Assembly: GCA_008632985.1 (NCBI GenBank)
Contig: QPGO01000013.1
Coordinates: forward strand, 248,001-312,000
From: Psammoneis japonica
Lineage: Eukaryota
Reading direction: 5' to 3'
Length of the DNA: 64,000 nucleotides
Shown: piece by piece, positions 35,671 to 49,381 of the stretch
How positions within the stretch are numbered: position 1 is the stretch's first letter
Layout: each line of letters begins with the position of its first letter
The notes under the pieces: model-generated
What the model saw: only the letters and a program-made list of their open reading frames with translations
What the model was told of the DNA's origin: nothing
Databases searched by the model: none
Program-made: the position numbers and the translations under genes

Positions 35671-37153
35671 GGTTTGTCCACATGTCAGCAGACGAACAAA
35701 CATGAAATGTTAAAAATTGACACGGGCAATCCCTTTGATGGGCCAAAAGTGAGGGAAAACAAAAAATCAAACAACACGCTCTGACATGGTGCCAACACAA
35801 ACTGCACATCTCATGAGAAAAGATGAGCACTTCTTGCCCAGACCAGCTGTGCAGCAACCATGGCTGATCATTTCATCTGCATGTGTGGAGATGACAAATG
35901 CCAGAAAGCAAGACCCAAGCTTCAGATGTGCTGTGTGGTGTCTCGGCGGTGGTGACATTTGGGCCGAGCAACCATGCGCCAATTTTCCTTTGACCCCTTG
36001 ACAAGCACGTCCCTCAACAAGCTCCAGCTGCTGCTCCAGCAGAGAGAAGCTGGCCAGCTGCTCTGGAGAGAGCTCCAATCTCCAGCTGGCAAAAAGAATG
36101 ATTCTGCTTGCCTCAGAGCTAAGCTGGAGCTAGCTCTGCTGGAGGCAAATGGGTGGAGCAGAGAAAAACCTTTGCCACTTGGCAGGACAAGCAGCTGAAC
36201 AAACACACAGTCACAGATTGTTGAATTTTGTGAATGCTTTTGGTCAACTGTGAAAATGAACCATGCTGCCCAAGCTCATTTGCATTGCCACCCAAAAACT
36301 CATTGCACAGAGCCCAGCTGCATCAAATGCAGCAATCTTCCACATCATAAATTGCAGCTCTAATTTTAATTCTGTTTCTTCTCGCTTTTTCTCCCTTGTT
36401 TCTTCTCACTTGTGGCAAGCTTTGATCTGGTCCCATCCTAAGAAGATGCTGCCTCGACCCTTCATGAAACTTTGGGTGCCTCCATTCTTGCTGTGCCAGA
36501 GGCTGTTGTTTCAAACTGCTTTGCATTTGTGAGTTGAGCAGCTCCACACAGAATCGGAGTCATCGTTGCAACCGTCCTCTGGACCATGATTGCCACTTGG
36601 CACTAAATTTGGAACACAATCCAGCTCGGCATCACACGCGTCAGAATTGCATCCACAATCGTCAGCATCGCAATTGTCATTGGAGTCATCCTCTGGACCA
36701 TGATTGCTTCTTGACAGCAACTTAGGAACACCTTCCTTGCCACCATCATTGTCATTGTCCTCAGAATCATGAGGGTTGGAATTGCACTCAGAATCATCCT
36801 TGTTGCAATCAGAGTCTGTGGAACTGCAGTCGTCATCAGAGTGCCACACTGTGCTTCTGGCTGAACATCTGGCAATGGCCCGACCCGCCCATGATGTGTT
36901 TGCATCTTCACCGGAACCAACACATCCATTCTCAGTCGTCATGGTGTTGTGTGGTGGGTCGGGGCAAGGAGTGGTTGTCTTTTTTCACATGCACGCCTGC
37001 GACATGCACTCTTTGTGTTGGTGCCGCATCGCAGCAGTGTGAGGGTTTGATTTTTTGTTCTCCCTCCTCCCTCACTTTTGGCCCATCAAAGGGATTGCAG
37101 ATGTAATTTTTCAACACCACATTTTTCTTTGACTGCAAATGTGTTGACAAACC
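35671..37153. mobile_element. Non-autonomous DNA transposon with ~110-bp imperfect TIRs at a TTAA or TA target
   Basis: ggtttgtc...gcaatccctttgatgggccaaaagtgaggg...aaaaaatcaaac at 35671-35782 is inverted at ~37045-37153. Flanks are TTGA (35667-35670) and TTAA (37154-37157). Confidence 0.75.
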
Positions 37154-37799
37154 TTAAAATCAATGCGAAGGAACCAAGCTCCCTGTGGCCGCCACGCGGG
37201 CATGTCACATCCTGTCTGACTGGAGACACCCGTGTCCCTGGCGCAGCCGCACGTGCTTTTTTTGCATGATGAGCTTGCGCGTTTTTGACACAACTTTGAC
37301 ACAACTTTGACACAACTTTTGACACAAATCAAAGTTGTGCCACAGTTTCAAAAATGCACATCTGGGTGTTTTTAGAATTTTTGCAAGACTTCCAGTGCAA
37401 ATTCCACACAAAAAAACATGACCCGGCGGGTGTGCATTTTGAAAGTTGTGTCACCCATTTTGAAAAATGCACATGCGGGATCTTTTGCATGCAGAAGCCT
37501 GGTGCATTCCCACACAACACAAAAGTTGGGACATTTTTTGTCATGCGCATCAGGGTCTTTGCACAACTTTTTTTATCTCACACAGTTTTTTGCATCAAAA
37601 GTTGTGTCCAAAATGTTTTTTCTGCGAGGTGGTGTTGGCAACAAATTTGTCTTGTCCAACAGATTTTGTGCTGGCAGGTGCAATTCACATCAATTTTGAC
37701 ATGCAGGTGGAGAAAATGGCAATTTCCTGCAGACCCTCCAACATCCAACGCCCAACGACCTCCTCTCAACTGCCCTCCTTGACACACATGCATCGCCAG

Positions 37800-40700
37800 C
37801 CAACCCCGATGCTCCCCATGCATCGACAAATCCTTTCAGCAACACGCCACTGCAACACCAATGGAGTCATCATGCTGATGAATGTCCACACCATTGAATT
37901 CTTCAAGGAGTCCAAGATGCTTGAACAGTGGAGCAGTTTCTGAGGAAAGTTGGGTTGCTGCGCCAATCTTGTCGCAGATCTTGATCGCGTGTGATTCTTC
38001 AGGACATGCAATCAAGAAGTCACAACTTGGCACAATGACAAGATCTTGTGTCCTTCAAACGCAGTGGAGTGGACACATTTGTCATGCACAGCATTGCAAA
38101 ACAACAAGGTCACATCCAACAAAATGGCACTGACATCATTCTCCCAGAGCACATTGGCTTCTGGGTGTGCTTGGAGTGCATGTCTCATCAGCAACACCAC
38201 GCTTCTGTCCAAGTCAACACCAAAGCAGGACTTGCACCATGTTGCATGTGCATCATCCATTGCAACACAGACAGGATGGGATGGCTGGGGGGAGTGCACA
38301 CAGGCATCATGAGCATCACCTCCAAATGTGGGACAGCTCACAGCACTTGCCAAAGCAAAAAACACATGTTGTGCAGGCTGTTCAACACAAGAGGAGTGCG
38401 TTGAATGGAGATGGTGTAGAACAGATGCTGCATGTGGTGAGCCATCACAACATTGTCGAGAACAACATGCACCATCATGCTTGAGATCACATTGCCAATG
38501 GATGACAGCATCTTTGGGATGCTTGATCAGGGCACCAAACATGCCCAACTCATGAAACTGATCCAGTTGCTTGAACTCACCCACACACCATTCAGGGCAT
38601 GCAGACAGCTTCTTGAGACAGTTTTGGGTGAAAGTGCCCAATGCCTGTTCCTTGGGAGTGGCAGTGTGGGAGGATGTCACATGGATGTTAACAACACCAT
38701 TGTCACAACCCACAATCAATGGAGAGAGGATCATTGTGGATGCCAGAGAAATCAATGTCTGGATGACAAATCGTGGCAACAGCATGCACATTGGTGGTTG
38801 ACTCTGGGACATGCTCATCTTCAGGGTCCGGGGTGGGGGAGAAAATGTCATGTTCCACCAGGGCTTGTTGCAAAGATTTAGAATCAAGTTGACGTTCAGG
38901 TGCAAATTCAATTTCAAAATGAGTCTTGCCCAATTCACAGGCCTGCTGCAGACGTTGATGACGTCTTCAGCAGCAAAAACACGTTGATCATCAACCAAGA
39001 CAATGCAAGCACCCATGATCTTGTTGCGCATTGCCTTCAAGGAAGAGAACAGGCAAGCAGCAGGAGTGCCACGTTTGACATCAGAGACAAAGGCTCATTG
39101 GCAGAGTTCATCCACAGCTGAAGACAGACCAAAGTTGGGACCAGTGAAGGGACCCTTCATCATGCGTGTGATGGTCTGGGCAAAAGAGTTGCCACAAAAG
39201 CAAAACTCATCATCAGTCATTTCCTCCATCTCAGCAGGAAATGGCTCACCAGCCTGAGTGTGCTCCAAGTGGACAACATTCATTCCCTCATCGAACCGGA
39301 TGTGTTTGGCAAGCTTGACTTGAGATGTCTTGGTGTCATGCCACAAAATGTTCTTTGTGGTGTCCGGAAGACAGCCCAAGAAAACGCCCTTGCAAGAGTT
39401 GGTCCAGAATTTTGCCGGATGATGATTCGAAGTACAAACCCAAACTCTGCAACCAAAGGTGTGGAAGGCAGCAAAGTCATCCTTTCAACCAGCAGCAATG
39501 GCAATTGGGGCAGCAGTCTGTCCTCTGGATAGCACAGCATTCTTGATGCAAAGGCAATGATGAAAAGCATGCGGCCAAAATTTTGTGCAAATCAGCACCT
39601 GTGAGCATCACCCAAGTTGCATTCGCAATGGTCAAATGTCTCCATTCAACTGGGCCACTCTGGCTTGAAGCATCTTTTCCAGTGGGACAAATTGCACAAT
39701 GAAAGTCATCCTTGAAAAGTTGCCGAGCCTCCGGATTGTTGTGCAGTTTGCCACCTTGATCCAGAAAAACATGTTTGTCTGGACATTTTTGCGAGTGCTT
39801 TCCAGAAAGTGGCAAGTCCAATTCAATGGAGTGGCCTTGGAAACACAAGTGGCACCATGGAGTCTCTTTGCAGCATGGTCACAAATGGTGATCCAACAAG
39901 TCTCCCCATTCAAACCAACACAGTCCTTGGCTCGTTCTTCATTCTCAGAGTGTAAGCCAGAGAAAGAAAAATCTGTCGTGAGGCCTTGGCAGGGTTGGGT
40001 GGCAGTCAAAGCAGTGTTCAGACCACCAGGTTCCTTCGTCTGCTCAGCGCTGATGCAAGTGGGACAAGTGTCAAGGGGAGATGTGCCATGTGCAAACTTC
40101 AGAACACCATCAACATGATCATGGGTGTGATGACAGTGATCACTGGGATGGCCAAGTCATTGATGCCACAGGAGACGTCCCGCATTGGCCTTGAGGGATT
40201 GAACAGGGGCGTTCTTCTTGGCACATTTCTCAAAAGGTGCACTCTGATGATGCCAAGGAATCAACTGTCATTCCACATGCAAAGCATCATGTTGGTGTCC
40301 ATGACATGTTTCAATCATGTGTGCCAAAACTGCTTCACATTCTTCAGCAAAAGATGGATCAGCAGTCTTCAACAATCGTTCAATGGATGCATCAAGTTCA
40401 TCATGAGATTCCAGCAGGACAAGTGGGTGAGTGCAACATTTGCCATTGATCAATTTGCCATGAATGACAATGTCCTGACTGTTGCACAGTCAATCCCGTG
40501 CAACAAACTTGCAGGTGCCAAGGTTGTGAAACTTGAGAATGCAGTCAATGTTGCAACCCGTGTGACGGGCACCGTTCTGGCACAGCAGCAAGCGCTCATC
40601 AACTGGGGCAGACTGAATCTGCAGGTGGCAGCATGCACAGATCTCAACAAAACCATCAGAGTTCTCTGCAGGCATGCAAAGATGTCCAAAGGCAACTGGC

Positions 40701-43200
40701 ACAGCGTCATGTCCAAGAGCTGGGTTGACAGCAAGGGGGCCTGGATTTGTCGGAGTGAATTCTTGATGTTGGTGGAGGAGGTCACGGTCACCAGCACATG
40801 CAATGTCAGCACCAGTGTCTAACTGGGCACACCATTTGTTTGGGGTGAACTTGACAGCATTGACAGAACATGCTGTGCAAACCAATTCTGGTGCATTTGG
40901 TTCACAAACTTGGGATGGGTTGATCGGAGTGACACAGACAGAGTTCACTGTGGCAAAACCATCTTCAACAGCCATGTCATCATGGATGAGATCAATGAAC
41001 TCCACATGATCATGTGTTTTGTGATCATGTCCCTCCCCTGTCCCAAAGGATCTGGAGCAGGATCATCATCCATTGCAATGTGTGGGAGAGTGGGGTTGTC
41101 ATCAGGCAGCTTGGTGACATCCGGAGATGCCATCAGGTCAGGAGCATGAGTGCCACCCACATGAGTCATCGGAGAAAGAGGCGGCACAGCGGTGGGTGAC
41201 AAGATGGTTGGTCCCTCTTTCACAATCACCCTGCTGACACTGGTCTTGTCTTGGTTGACAGAGAATGGGCTGCGTTCGGAGATCCAAAACTGGCTGCGAT
41301 GGCCCGATTGAAAATCCGGAGATTGAGCACCGGGTTCAGGTGGATTGTCCTTGGGTTCCCAATGAGGCGGCAACAAACCTTGGGGTCCTTGGAATTCCAA
41401 AGCTCTCACAGCTACCTCCCATTTCAGAAACTGACAAAAGCAAATGTGGAAGCCCTTGATGCATGGGTTGTCATTCAAGACAGGACAGTCATGAAATGAG
41501 TGCTCATCCAAACATGCAATGCACGGCTTCTTGGAAGCTTCCACTGGGGCAGTCTTCAACTTGTGTGCTGAAGCCGAGTGCACATGATGAAGAAGACAAT
41601 CCTCATCCACAGGTGGCATGTCCATGCCATCCAATTCATCACAAAGAGTGTCAAAAGCATCATCCGGCGGATCATGTGCACCATGTGGTGCCCCAACAGT
41701 GTCATCCTCAACAGGAGGTGTGTCCGGGACAGACAGAGCATTGACATCAAAAACAGTGCACTTGGAATCTTCTTGATGCTGGTCCCATTCACGGCATTGA
41801 TTGTAAGGATTCATGCAAGTGGCAAGCAAAGGACTGTCTGGTTGATGAAGGAAGTCAGAGAGAGTTTCAACAATCTGAGCATTGCTCTGTGCACTTCTTG
41901 AGCACAGCTGGGGACTTCCATTCATCCCTGGTGGTGCAGGACAAGAGCTTTGAGCATCCAGTGTTTTTGATGAAAACGGTCATCTCCCATGGGTCATCTG
42001 ATGTAGAGTCTGCATCAAAGACACAAGCACACAACTGCAGAAAGTCATTGAAAACCAAATGGCAGTTTGTCAATGACAGGTTGCCTTGAGCAGGGTGGGA
42101 ATCTGCTGGTCCAGCAGCTTTGTGGTCAAAAGCTGGATGACTCTCATGTGCAATCTGCTTCAGAGCCTTGTGTCCATTGCCATGGCAGGAGGCAACAATC
42201 TGACGATGCTTGCTGTTCTTGGGAAACATGTCCAACTTGGGCAGAATCTTGTGGAGAGAACTCTGGGCTTCTTTGCAATGGACACACATGCATTGGGGCA
42301 AGTCATCATCCTTGCTGTTTCCAATCATGAGACCCTTCTCACCACCTTGATCCTTGGCGAAACACCACAAAGGATGATGCAGCATCCAGAATTGAAAGAG
42401 AGACGTTGGAAGTTTTGACACCATGCCTGCATCCCAGCAGGAGAATCATCATGACATGTGGGAGGTTCCCTGAACAACATCTTCTGATCAGGAGTCAAGC
42501 TCATTGCAAAGGACATCCCATCATTGAGGATGATGCAGTCTGAGGCATTGACATGATGATGAAAGCCATGGTCACAGTGGACGAGTGAGCTCTTCAGGGT
42601 GGCTGCACCGTGTTCCTTGTGGTTGCGGCATTCTCGCACATCAGTGGGTGGAGTGTTGGGGTGTTGAACAGGCATTTTGATGTGATGGATGATGTGGCAC
42701 TCCCTGATGTTTTGGGAGCAGCAGTGGAAGGCAGAGCATGGCTTGATGCAAACTCATTGAGAGCTGCCACTGAATCATTCAAACCAACTGTCGCAGCACC
42801 TGTGCCAGTTGAGGATGAGGGAGCAGGCGGTTCCTTCTGCTGGCAGGGCTTGAGAGAAAACTCTTTCCAATCCCAACAACTCCACACCACATCTGCAGAT
42901 CAACATGGATGTGTTGCGCAGATGTGATGATGAACAAAGTCTGACAAAGGTTCATCTTGATCATGGGATGATGGAGCTGCAGACGTCAAATGAATCGCAT
43001 GAGGCCTGTTGGGGTCTGCGATGCAGAACAGAGCTTGACCCACAATTGTTTTGATGGATTGCATGTCCATTGGGTCCACCATGCAAGGTGGAAATGCTTG
43101 GTTGATGAGATGATCTCAAAGCAAGTCTGCAATGTTCTTCTTGGGTTGAGCATGCTCTGGATCATCAAAGAGCGGGTCCAGATTGAACATTGAATCTGCA
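37800..43200 (-). mobile_element. Decayed Ty1/copia element of a different family (gag-PR-IN-RT)
   Basis: AQLDTGAD (protease-like), FLDQGGKL (integrase-like), FKQLDQFHELGMFG and SRQCCDGS (RT-like); multiple stops and frameshifts. Boundaries approximate. Confidence 0.75.
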
Positions 43201-44092
43201 CGGAACTTGTTCAGGCACGTGTGGAGATGTGGCATTGTTGCATGTGCTTAGAACTCACAACAGATCTCTGCAACAGTTTGCTTGGTGAAAACATTTTTGG
43301 TCATGCACACGCAGAAACCTGGTGTGTTTCTATGACCATGAAAAATGCTGGGAAAGCAAGAAAAAAATTTGTTTCAGGAACAAAGATGAGGCTTGCTCAA
43401 TCAGCTCACAAAACAGTTGAATCAAAACAGAAAGCATGGCACAGAGTTCTGTGGCACAGTGCAAGGCCATGGCCTGACAGAATGCCAAAGGTCAACAATG
43501 ACAGAGGCATGAAAGACTCCCTGAGCACCAGGACTGTGATGACATGAGCACCAGCAGAAAGAAGTGAGAAGAGATCAGAGAGATCTGGTCGTCCATCTAG
43601 AAGGTCTGTCCATCATCAATGCACAGTCTGTCTGTCACAGAATGGGTGGACTGACAATTTCACGAACTTCATCAAGCAAATGACAAGTTTTCAATGGCGA
43701 CAAGCCCTCTTCCGACTGCATGTCACCAAGAAATTCTTTGTGGTGCACAGCAAGATGTGACTTTTTCACAGCGACATTCATTTTGACACAAAGTGCGGTC
43801 CACTCTGATGCAGTCAATGGACTCATCAACTCCTTGCCCATGTCGGTCCTGTGAAAGTGCAAAAAGAGGCAATCACAATGATCACATTGTTTTCATTCTT
43901 CCTCGTGAAGCACTGGCAACTCTTGCAATGAATCCACAAACACCTCACAATTGTCATCATCTGGAATGACTGAGTGAAGCATCTTGTGCATTGATGCTCC
44001 CAGCAGACGCTCTGCAAATGATGCTGAGAGCATTTGCACTCTCATCAAATGTGACAGTTTTGTCATCTTTCTCAACAGCAAGCCTGTCAGGA

Positions 44093-45025
44093 TGGAGCTT
44101 GAGGTCTTCGTTGACTTCTTGGACCCAAGCAGTGATTTCCCTGATCTTCATGCTCTCTGGTGTCTTGACATCATGCCCGCAAACAATGCTTCTGAATCTG
44201 AAGTGCATTCTTTGGGGAGACATGTCTTGCAAGGCACTGTTGTCATTCATTTGAAGGCTCCTTTGCTTGCTTCATCTTCAACATTCACAGCACCATTCTT
44301 GAATGCACACAGAGTGTCTCCCTGCAACAACACACACATGAGACGGAACTCATCCGCTTGCTTCTTCTTGATGTTCTGACCCACCAAGAGTTGATCACAG
44401 TTCTTTAAGAATTCAGTGCACTTGGGAATGCCATGCTTCTTGTGATGCTCAACATTGATGGTGCAAGTGTGGCCATCTTTCTTTTCTGGGTAAAAGCACT
44501 GCTCCATCTTGAGGCGTTGGCTTGGTTTGAGTGTCTTTGGCTCAGAAATTGATTCCAGCGGTTGTTGAACAATTTTCTCTAACTGCCCAAAGGAAGACTT
44601 GGTGTGAGTGACATGAGGTGCAAGCTTCATGTTCATCTTGTCACCTTCTGTGGTGTGTGGACCATGCACTGTGCTTGAAGAAAAGTGCAAACAAAAGCAG
44701 AGTGAAGTGCAAAAAATGAAAATTGTGAGATTAGATTTTTCTCAATCATGATTTTGGGTTTCTCCGAACAAGTTCTCAATGGCCTGAGGCTTCTGTGCTG
44801 TTTCTGCAGACCAAAGGCCTTTCAAAGAATCTGATCATGACAACAGGTTGTCTGGATGTGATTGCCATTGACACATGAGATGTCATCATCGTCGAGCGAT
44901 TGCATTTGCAATTTTCAACATCTGATCAATTCTGTGTGACAGATCTGTCCTTCACATGAACCCACGATTGATGTGATTGAAATGCAACGACATTAAAATG
45001 TGTGTGTGTAGATGTAAAATGTGCA
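44093..45025 (-). mobile_element. Gypsy 5' LTR (~44665-45025) plus 5' part of gag; probably the displaced 5' end of gypsy A
   Basis: The LTR segment matches 26868-27230 and 56714-57060; the gag part matches ~56140-56713. Confidence 0.75.
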
Positions 45026-48000
45026 CAAAACAACAAACATTGCAAATGTTCCTTTGTGCCTTCCATGAGCAACACTGCCAACAACTTGTTCCTCTCTTTT
45101 CTGGGCATCATCAATGTCTGCGCTGAACCCATCTTCTTTCTTGACAATTTCTTCTGGGACGACTCTGCCACAGGTGGGCCACAGGACCCTTCCACCATGT
45201 CAACAATGTTTGTGAGCTAATTGCAACAATCTTGAAGTGCCTCTCCTCTCATCCTGATGAATGAGTGCAAATTGCCTCCAAGCCTTGACAGCCTGGACAT
45301 GTGAGCAGATTCTCTCATTTGCATCAAACAAGACTGACTTGAGAATTTCCAACATTGCCACCATGTCCCAATCCTTCATGACCCTTGCAAACTCCATCAA
45401 CACTCCTTTGACCTTGTGACAGCAAATTGCCTTCATGCACTGTCCCATGATTGTGTCAAATGCCCTCACCTTCTTCTGTGTCTTGCAGATCACATCCTGC
45501 CTGTTTCGCACAGTGACTGCATTGCTCTCCCCAGATTGCCTTGTCCCTCTCCAATGTGGATGCACCCAATGGATGTTCTGGCTCCTCTGGTGGTTTGTTC
45601 TCCTGCCTCAAAGATGCCAGCACCTGCATCTCCAGCCTGGACACTCTTCCAACAAGCTCACTCATCTGCCTGTCAACCTGACTTGGCAATGGTGTCATGC
45701 ACCCCCACTCCTTCAAATCTTTCACTTCCACACTCTCACCAGTTGCATCTTCACCCAGCATGCCAATGTTTCTCCTGGCTTGACACAACTTTGTTACGTC
45801 CTCATTCAGAAGACCCTTGCAGCTTCCTCACAGCAACAAGGCCCTCTGTTGAGAGACTGTCTCTTTGTTCACTTCATCCAGCCAGCTTGTTTGCCACAAT
45901 CTGCTGACACGAATTGCACCTTTGGATTCTTGATGACTTCCCAGCCAGCTTTTTTGACTCCCATGTTGCTCCTTGGGATTTCGTGGCTTGCCAGCTGATC
46001 TGTGACAGTCTTGCCAATCCCCAAACTTGCCACATGGATCACAAACACTGCTCCATGCTGATTGCCATGCCGCCCTGTTGCAGAAGCTAAAAAGCAAGCA
46101 CGAGACCCACCTTCATGTTGAGTTGCAAAAGCATGGATTTGCCACATCACCAACAGTCATCAGTGTTGCTTGCACTTCAACATTGTCTGTCTGTGCTCCA
46201 AAAACTGCATTGCACCCCGATGTTCCAACACCATTGCACAAGCTCGAAGAGAGAGAAACAATTTGCCCCCAAACACTTCTGCACAATTTCACCAGTTTGA
46301 GCTGTTGTTCAGTGCCAGAGCTCATGTGTCCATCAAAACAACAAGGAGCACCCACAGAGACACACTTCATTTTTCATGTTGTGTTGTGGGAACAAAAATG
46401 CTTGCTTGCTCCAAAGTGCACATGGAAAAATTACAAGGTGGTTGGACTTCTCCTCTTTTGGCTTCAATGCATTTGTGGAACAGTCAGCTCATGGCAGTGT
46501 GTTCTGCATGTGCACACAATGGTGCACATGCACCAATGAAGCAGACAAAGGTGGGGCATCTGCTCTTATTGGAGAAAATGGAGCGGGTCTCTAACTTCTC
46601 TAAAAATTGCCCAGAAAGACACTGATTTTCTGTCAAATGAAGTTTTCATGCTGCAACTGCAGCGCTGTTGAACCGTGGAGTCCAACAACTGCTCACAAGT
46701 GATGACATCCATCTTGCAGTCTTGTGAGGGCCACACAGCAGGTCAGAACACCTGATCATCTGGATCGACTCTGCCAAACTCACTGATGCTTGAAAAGCCA
46801 GATCTGCTCATTTTTCAAAAAAAAACTGAAAGCAAAAGAGACCGGATCAGCTCAGCACGCCAGTGAGGTGAGGCACTGCAAGGACTCCAATTGCTTTGAT
46901 TGGCTCAGTTTAGGAGCAAACAGTGCAGCACACTTGTTCTCTTAAGATCACTTGGTGTCCACAACATGGCTTGAGTTTGCCACAATTGGTCTTCTCAAAC
47001 TTGTGTTCACACATGCCAATGCCATTGCGGGTGATGTGAAAGCCCAGACAGCCGGCTTTGGGTTTGGCAAAGAAGGACTTTTTGGCATTGACCTTCAATC
47101 TGGCTTGTTCCAGGCACATGAGCACCATTTCAAGCTTTTTTGAGATGGTCTTGAAAATCACCTTTTGCAAGGCATGGCATGTTGTCAACATGAGTTCTGA
47201 CAATCTCCAGACCTGCCATGAGCTCACTCATGTTGAAAAACACATGGAGCTCTGCAGATTCCCACAGGCAGTCTGCAGTGCTCATGTTTGCCACAAGGCA
47301 TGACGATGGTGCACAACTGACATGCATGTGGAGAGTCAATTTAATGTGACAGCATCCCATGTTCAAATCAAGGGATGCAGCACACATGAAACCTTGAAGT
47401 TTCTGTGGCATGTCTTGAACATTGGGCGGAGGAAATGGGGCACGCATTGGCCTCTCATTCAGTTCACAGAAGTGTTGGACAGAAACTGAACTCAACCATT
47501 TTTCTTTGGTTGAATGAAGGTTGGAGCTGCCCATTTGGAACAATTTATTTTTCTCAAGACTGTTAACTTGCACAGTCTTTCAACTTCCTTTCTGGCAGTT
47601 GCAAGGCTTGTGGCATGGGAAATGGCTTTGCATGATGTGGAATCATGTCCAATTTTAACTTGAGATCCACAGGTTTCCCATTCCATTCACCAGGAGAACC
47701 ATCAAAAAGGTTTTCAAATCTTTCCGGGAGGAAGTTCATCTGCTTCTGCTCCTCTGGAGTTAGATGAGTTGCTGCTGCAGCTGCATTGTCAAGGTCAGGA
47801 GCTGCATGACAATCTGTGTCAAGGACTCAATTGACCCTCTCATCAAGACCAATCACTGCATGAGATTCCTCAATGTGATTGGCAATCAACTTGAACACAT
47901 CAGCAACAAAGAGTGTGTCAACATTCTTCATGGGTGCAGTTGCTTCTTTCCTTTTGATTTCTTCATTTGCAAAGTCCAGTGTGATTCCAAGACTGGACAC

Positions 48001-48162
48001 ATCAAGTCACATCCCATGATCACACCACAATGACTTGAAGAAGAAGGAGCATTGTCAACACATGCCATTGTTTCTGTCATCTCATGCCTGTCAAATTCAG
48101 GCAAAGAGAACTGTGTTCTTGCACAGTGACTGTCAGGCATGAAGAGTCCACCCTTGGTTTCC

Positions 48163-48438
48163 TGACAGGATTTGAACAGGATTTAGGTGCGCGCGAAGTA
48201 TCGCGCGCTGTTTAGTTTACCGTGCACAGTTTTGTGTGCTTTAGTTCCGCGCGTTCACGCGCGATGTAGTTTGCTTTCGAGCCACAAGGCTCACAAGAAT
48301 AATAACAGTAGCCCGATTATACCGACTTACACGTCTTTCGGCTCCTGTAACGGTCTCTGAGCGGAGACTCATCTGCTATTTAGACAGCAGTAAGGAGTTA
48401 TTGTTTGAATTCTTGCCATTTGCCTTCATTTTCTGTCA
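48163..48438 (+). repeat. 5' LTR of copia copy 2 (the least mutated of the four LTRs)
   Basis: Direct repeat of 55000-55276. Confidence 0.97.
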
Positions 48439-49381
48439 GATTAACAGTCTTGCTCATTGTCAACCCATTGAGCAACCGCCATCGTCGTCGTTGATTTACC
48501 AACGACGCTATTTCAATTCTACGTGGACCTCCGTATATATTCTACATACATCGGCAAGTCTACGCGCATTCAATACCAGGGCATCGGCAGGAAGTTAACG
48601 TCACTCTCAAGTCTCCTTACCGCTGGATATCTGGATTGATTATACTACCTTTGATCGCTGAAAACTTATATTCAACGGTCATATCCAAGTCTATCCTTGA
48701 TCAACATCCCTTGATATACCTGTTCCTCGGTTAACGGTCAAGAACCCTACATATTCAAGGATCTTAGTCGCTGAAGACATGTGTATATATACACACATGT
48801 CTTCACGACCAAGAACCTTTATCCACTCTTCGGACTGCGGTTTTGCTGCCACTCTACAAGCACACCGAGTCCATTGCACCTGATCTACCCCGGACTACTG
48901 GTGCTCTGCAGTTCCACCAGGTCCACGAGGACGACTGTGAGAGCAGGCAGCCGTGATTGCAGCCTGCGTTGGGGCAAGGGTGTTTTCCCGCGTTTGTTCG
49001 TTCGTCCACAGCGCCTGACGCCTGCGTCAACTGGCCAGCCTGATCGGGAAATCCAACCGACATAAAATGAGAACGGTTCGGGGGTCTTGTCCACCTCTGG
49101 TCAGCTTGCCTGCAGGGGTTTACAACCCGCTACTCCGCTCGCAAGCAACCCAAAGCGCCGCTGGCTGCGGGTTCGGACATGCCGGCACAACTCTGCGGAC
49201 CGGATGGGAAGTTTAGCACTTGACAACGAACGGGACAACAAAGCCCGGCGACTTCTGATTTTAAGACAGTTCAAGATTTCAAGTCAAGTCCATTTCAAGT
49301 CAAGTCCATTCTCACCCAAGTTTCGAGTCTGCCTTCGCTTCCCAACCAGAATTGATCATCCTGACACCACTTTTGTCCACC

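Noticed and set aside
37283..37327. ttgacacaact x4 as telomeric or regulatory repeats
   Set aside because: Short local array within edited relic DNA, with no further support.
8306..48162. Hundreds of short Cys/His-rich ORFs as novel metal-binding proteins
   Set aside because: Loss of TA removes TAA/TAG stops and Tyr codons and inflates TGY/CAY codons in all six frames. These are artefacts over TE relics.
48163..48438. Classical RIP (CA->TA) acting on the 5' LTRs
   Set aside because: Protein motifs polarise the change as loss of TA, and the repeat domains are TA-poor rather than TA-rich.
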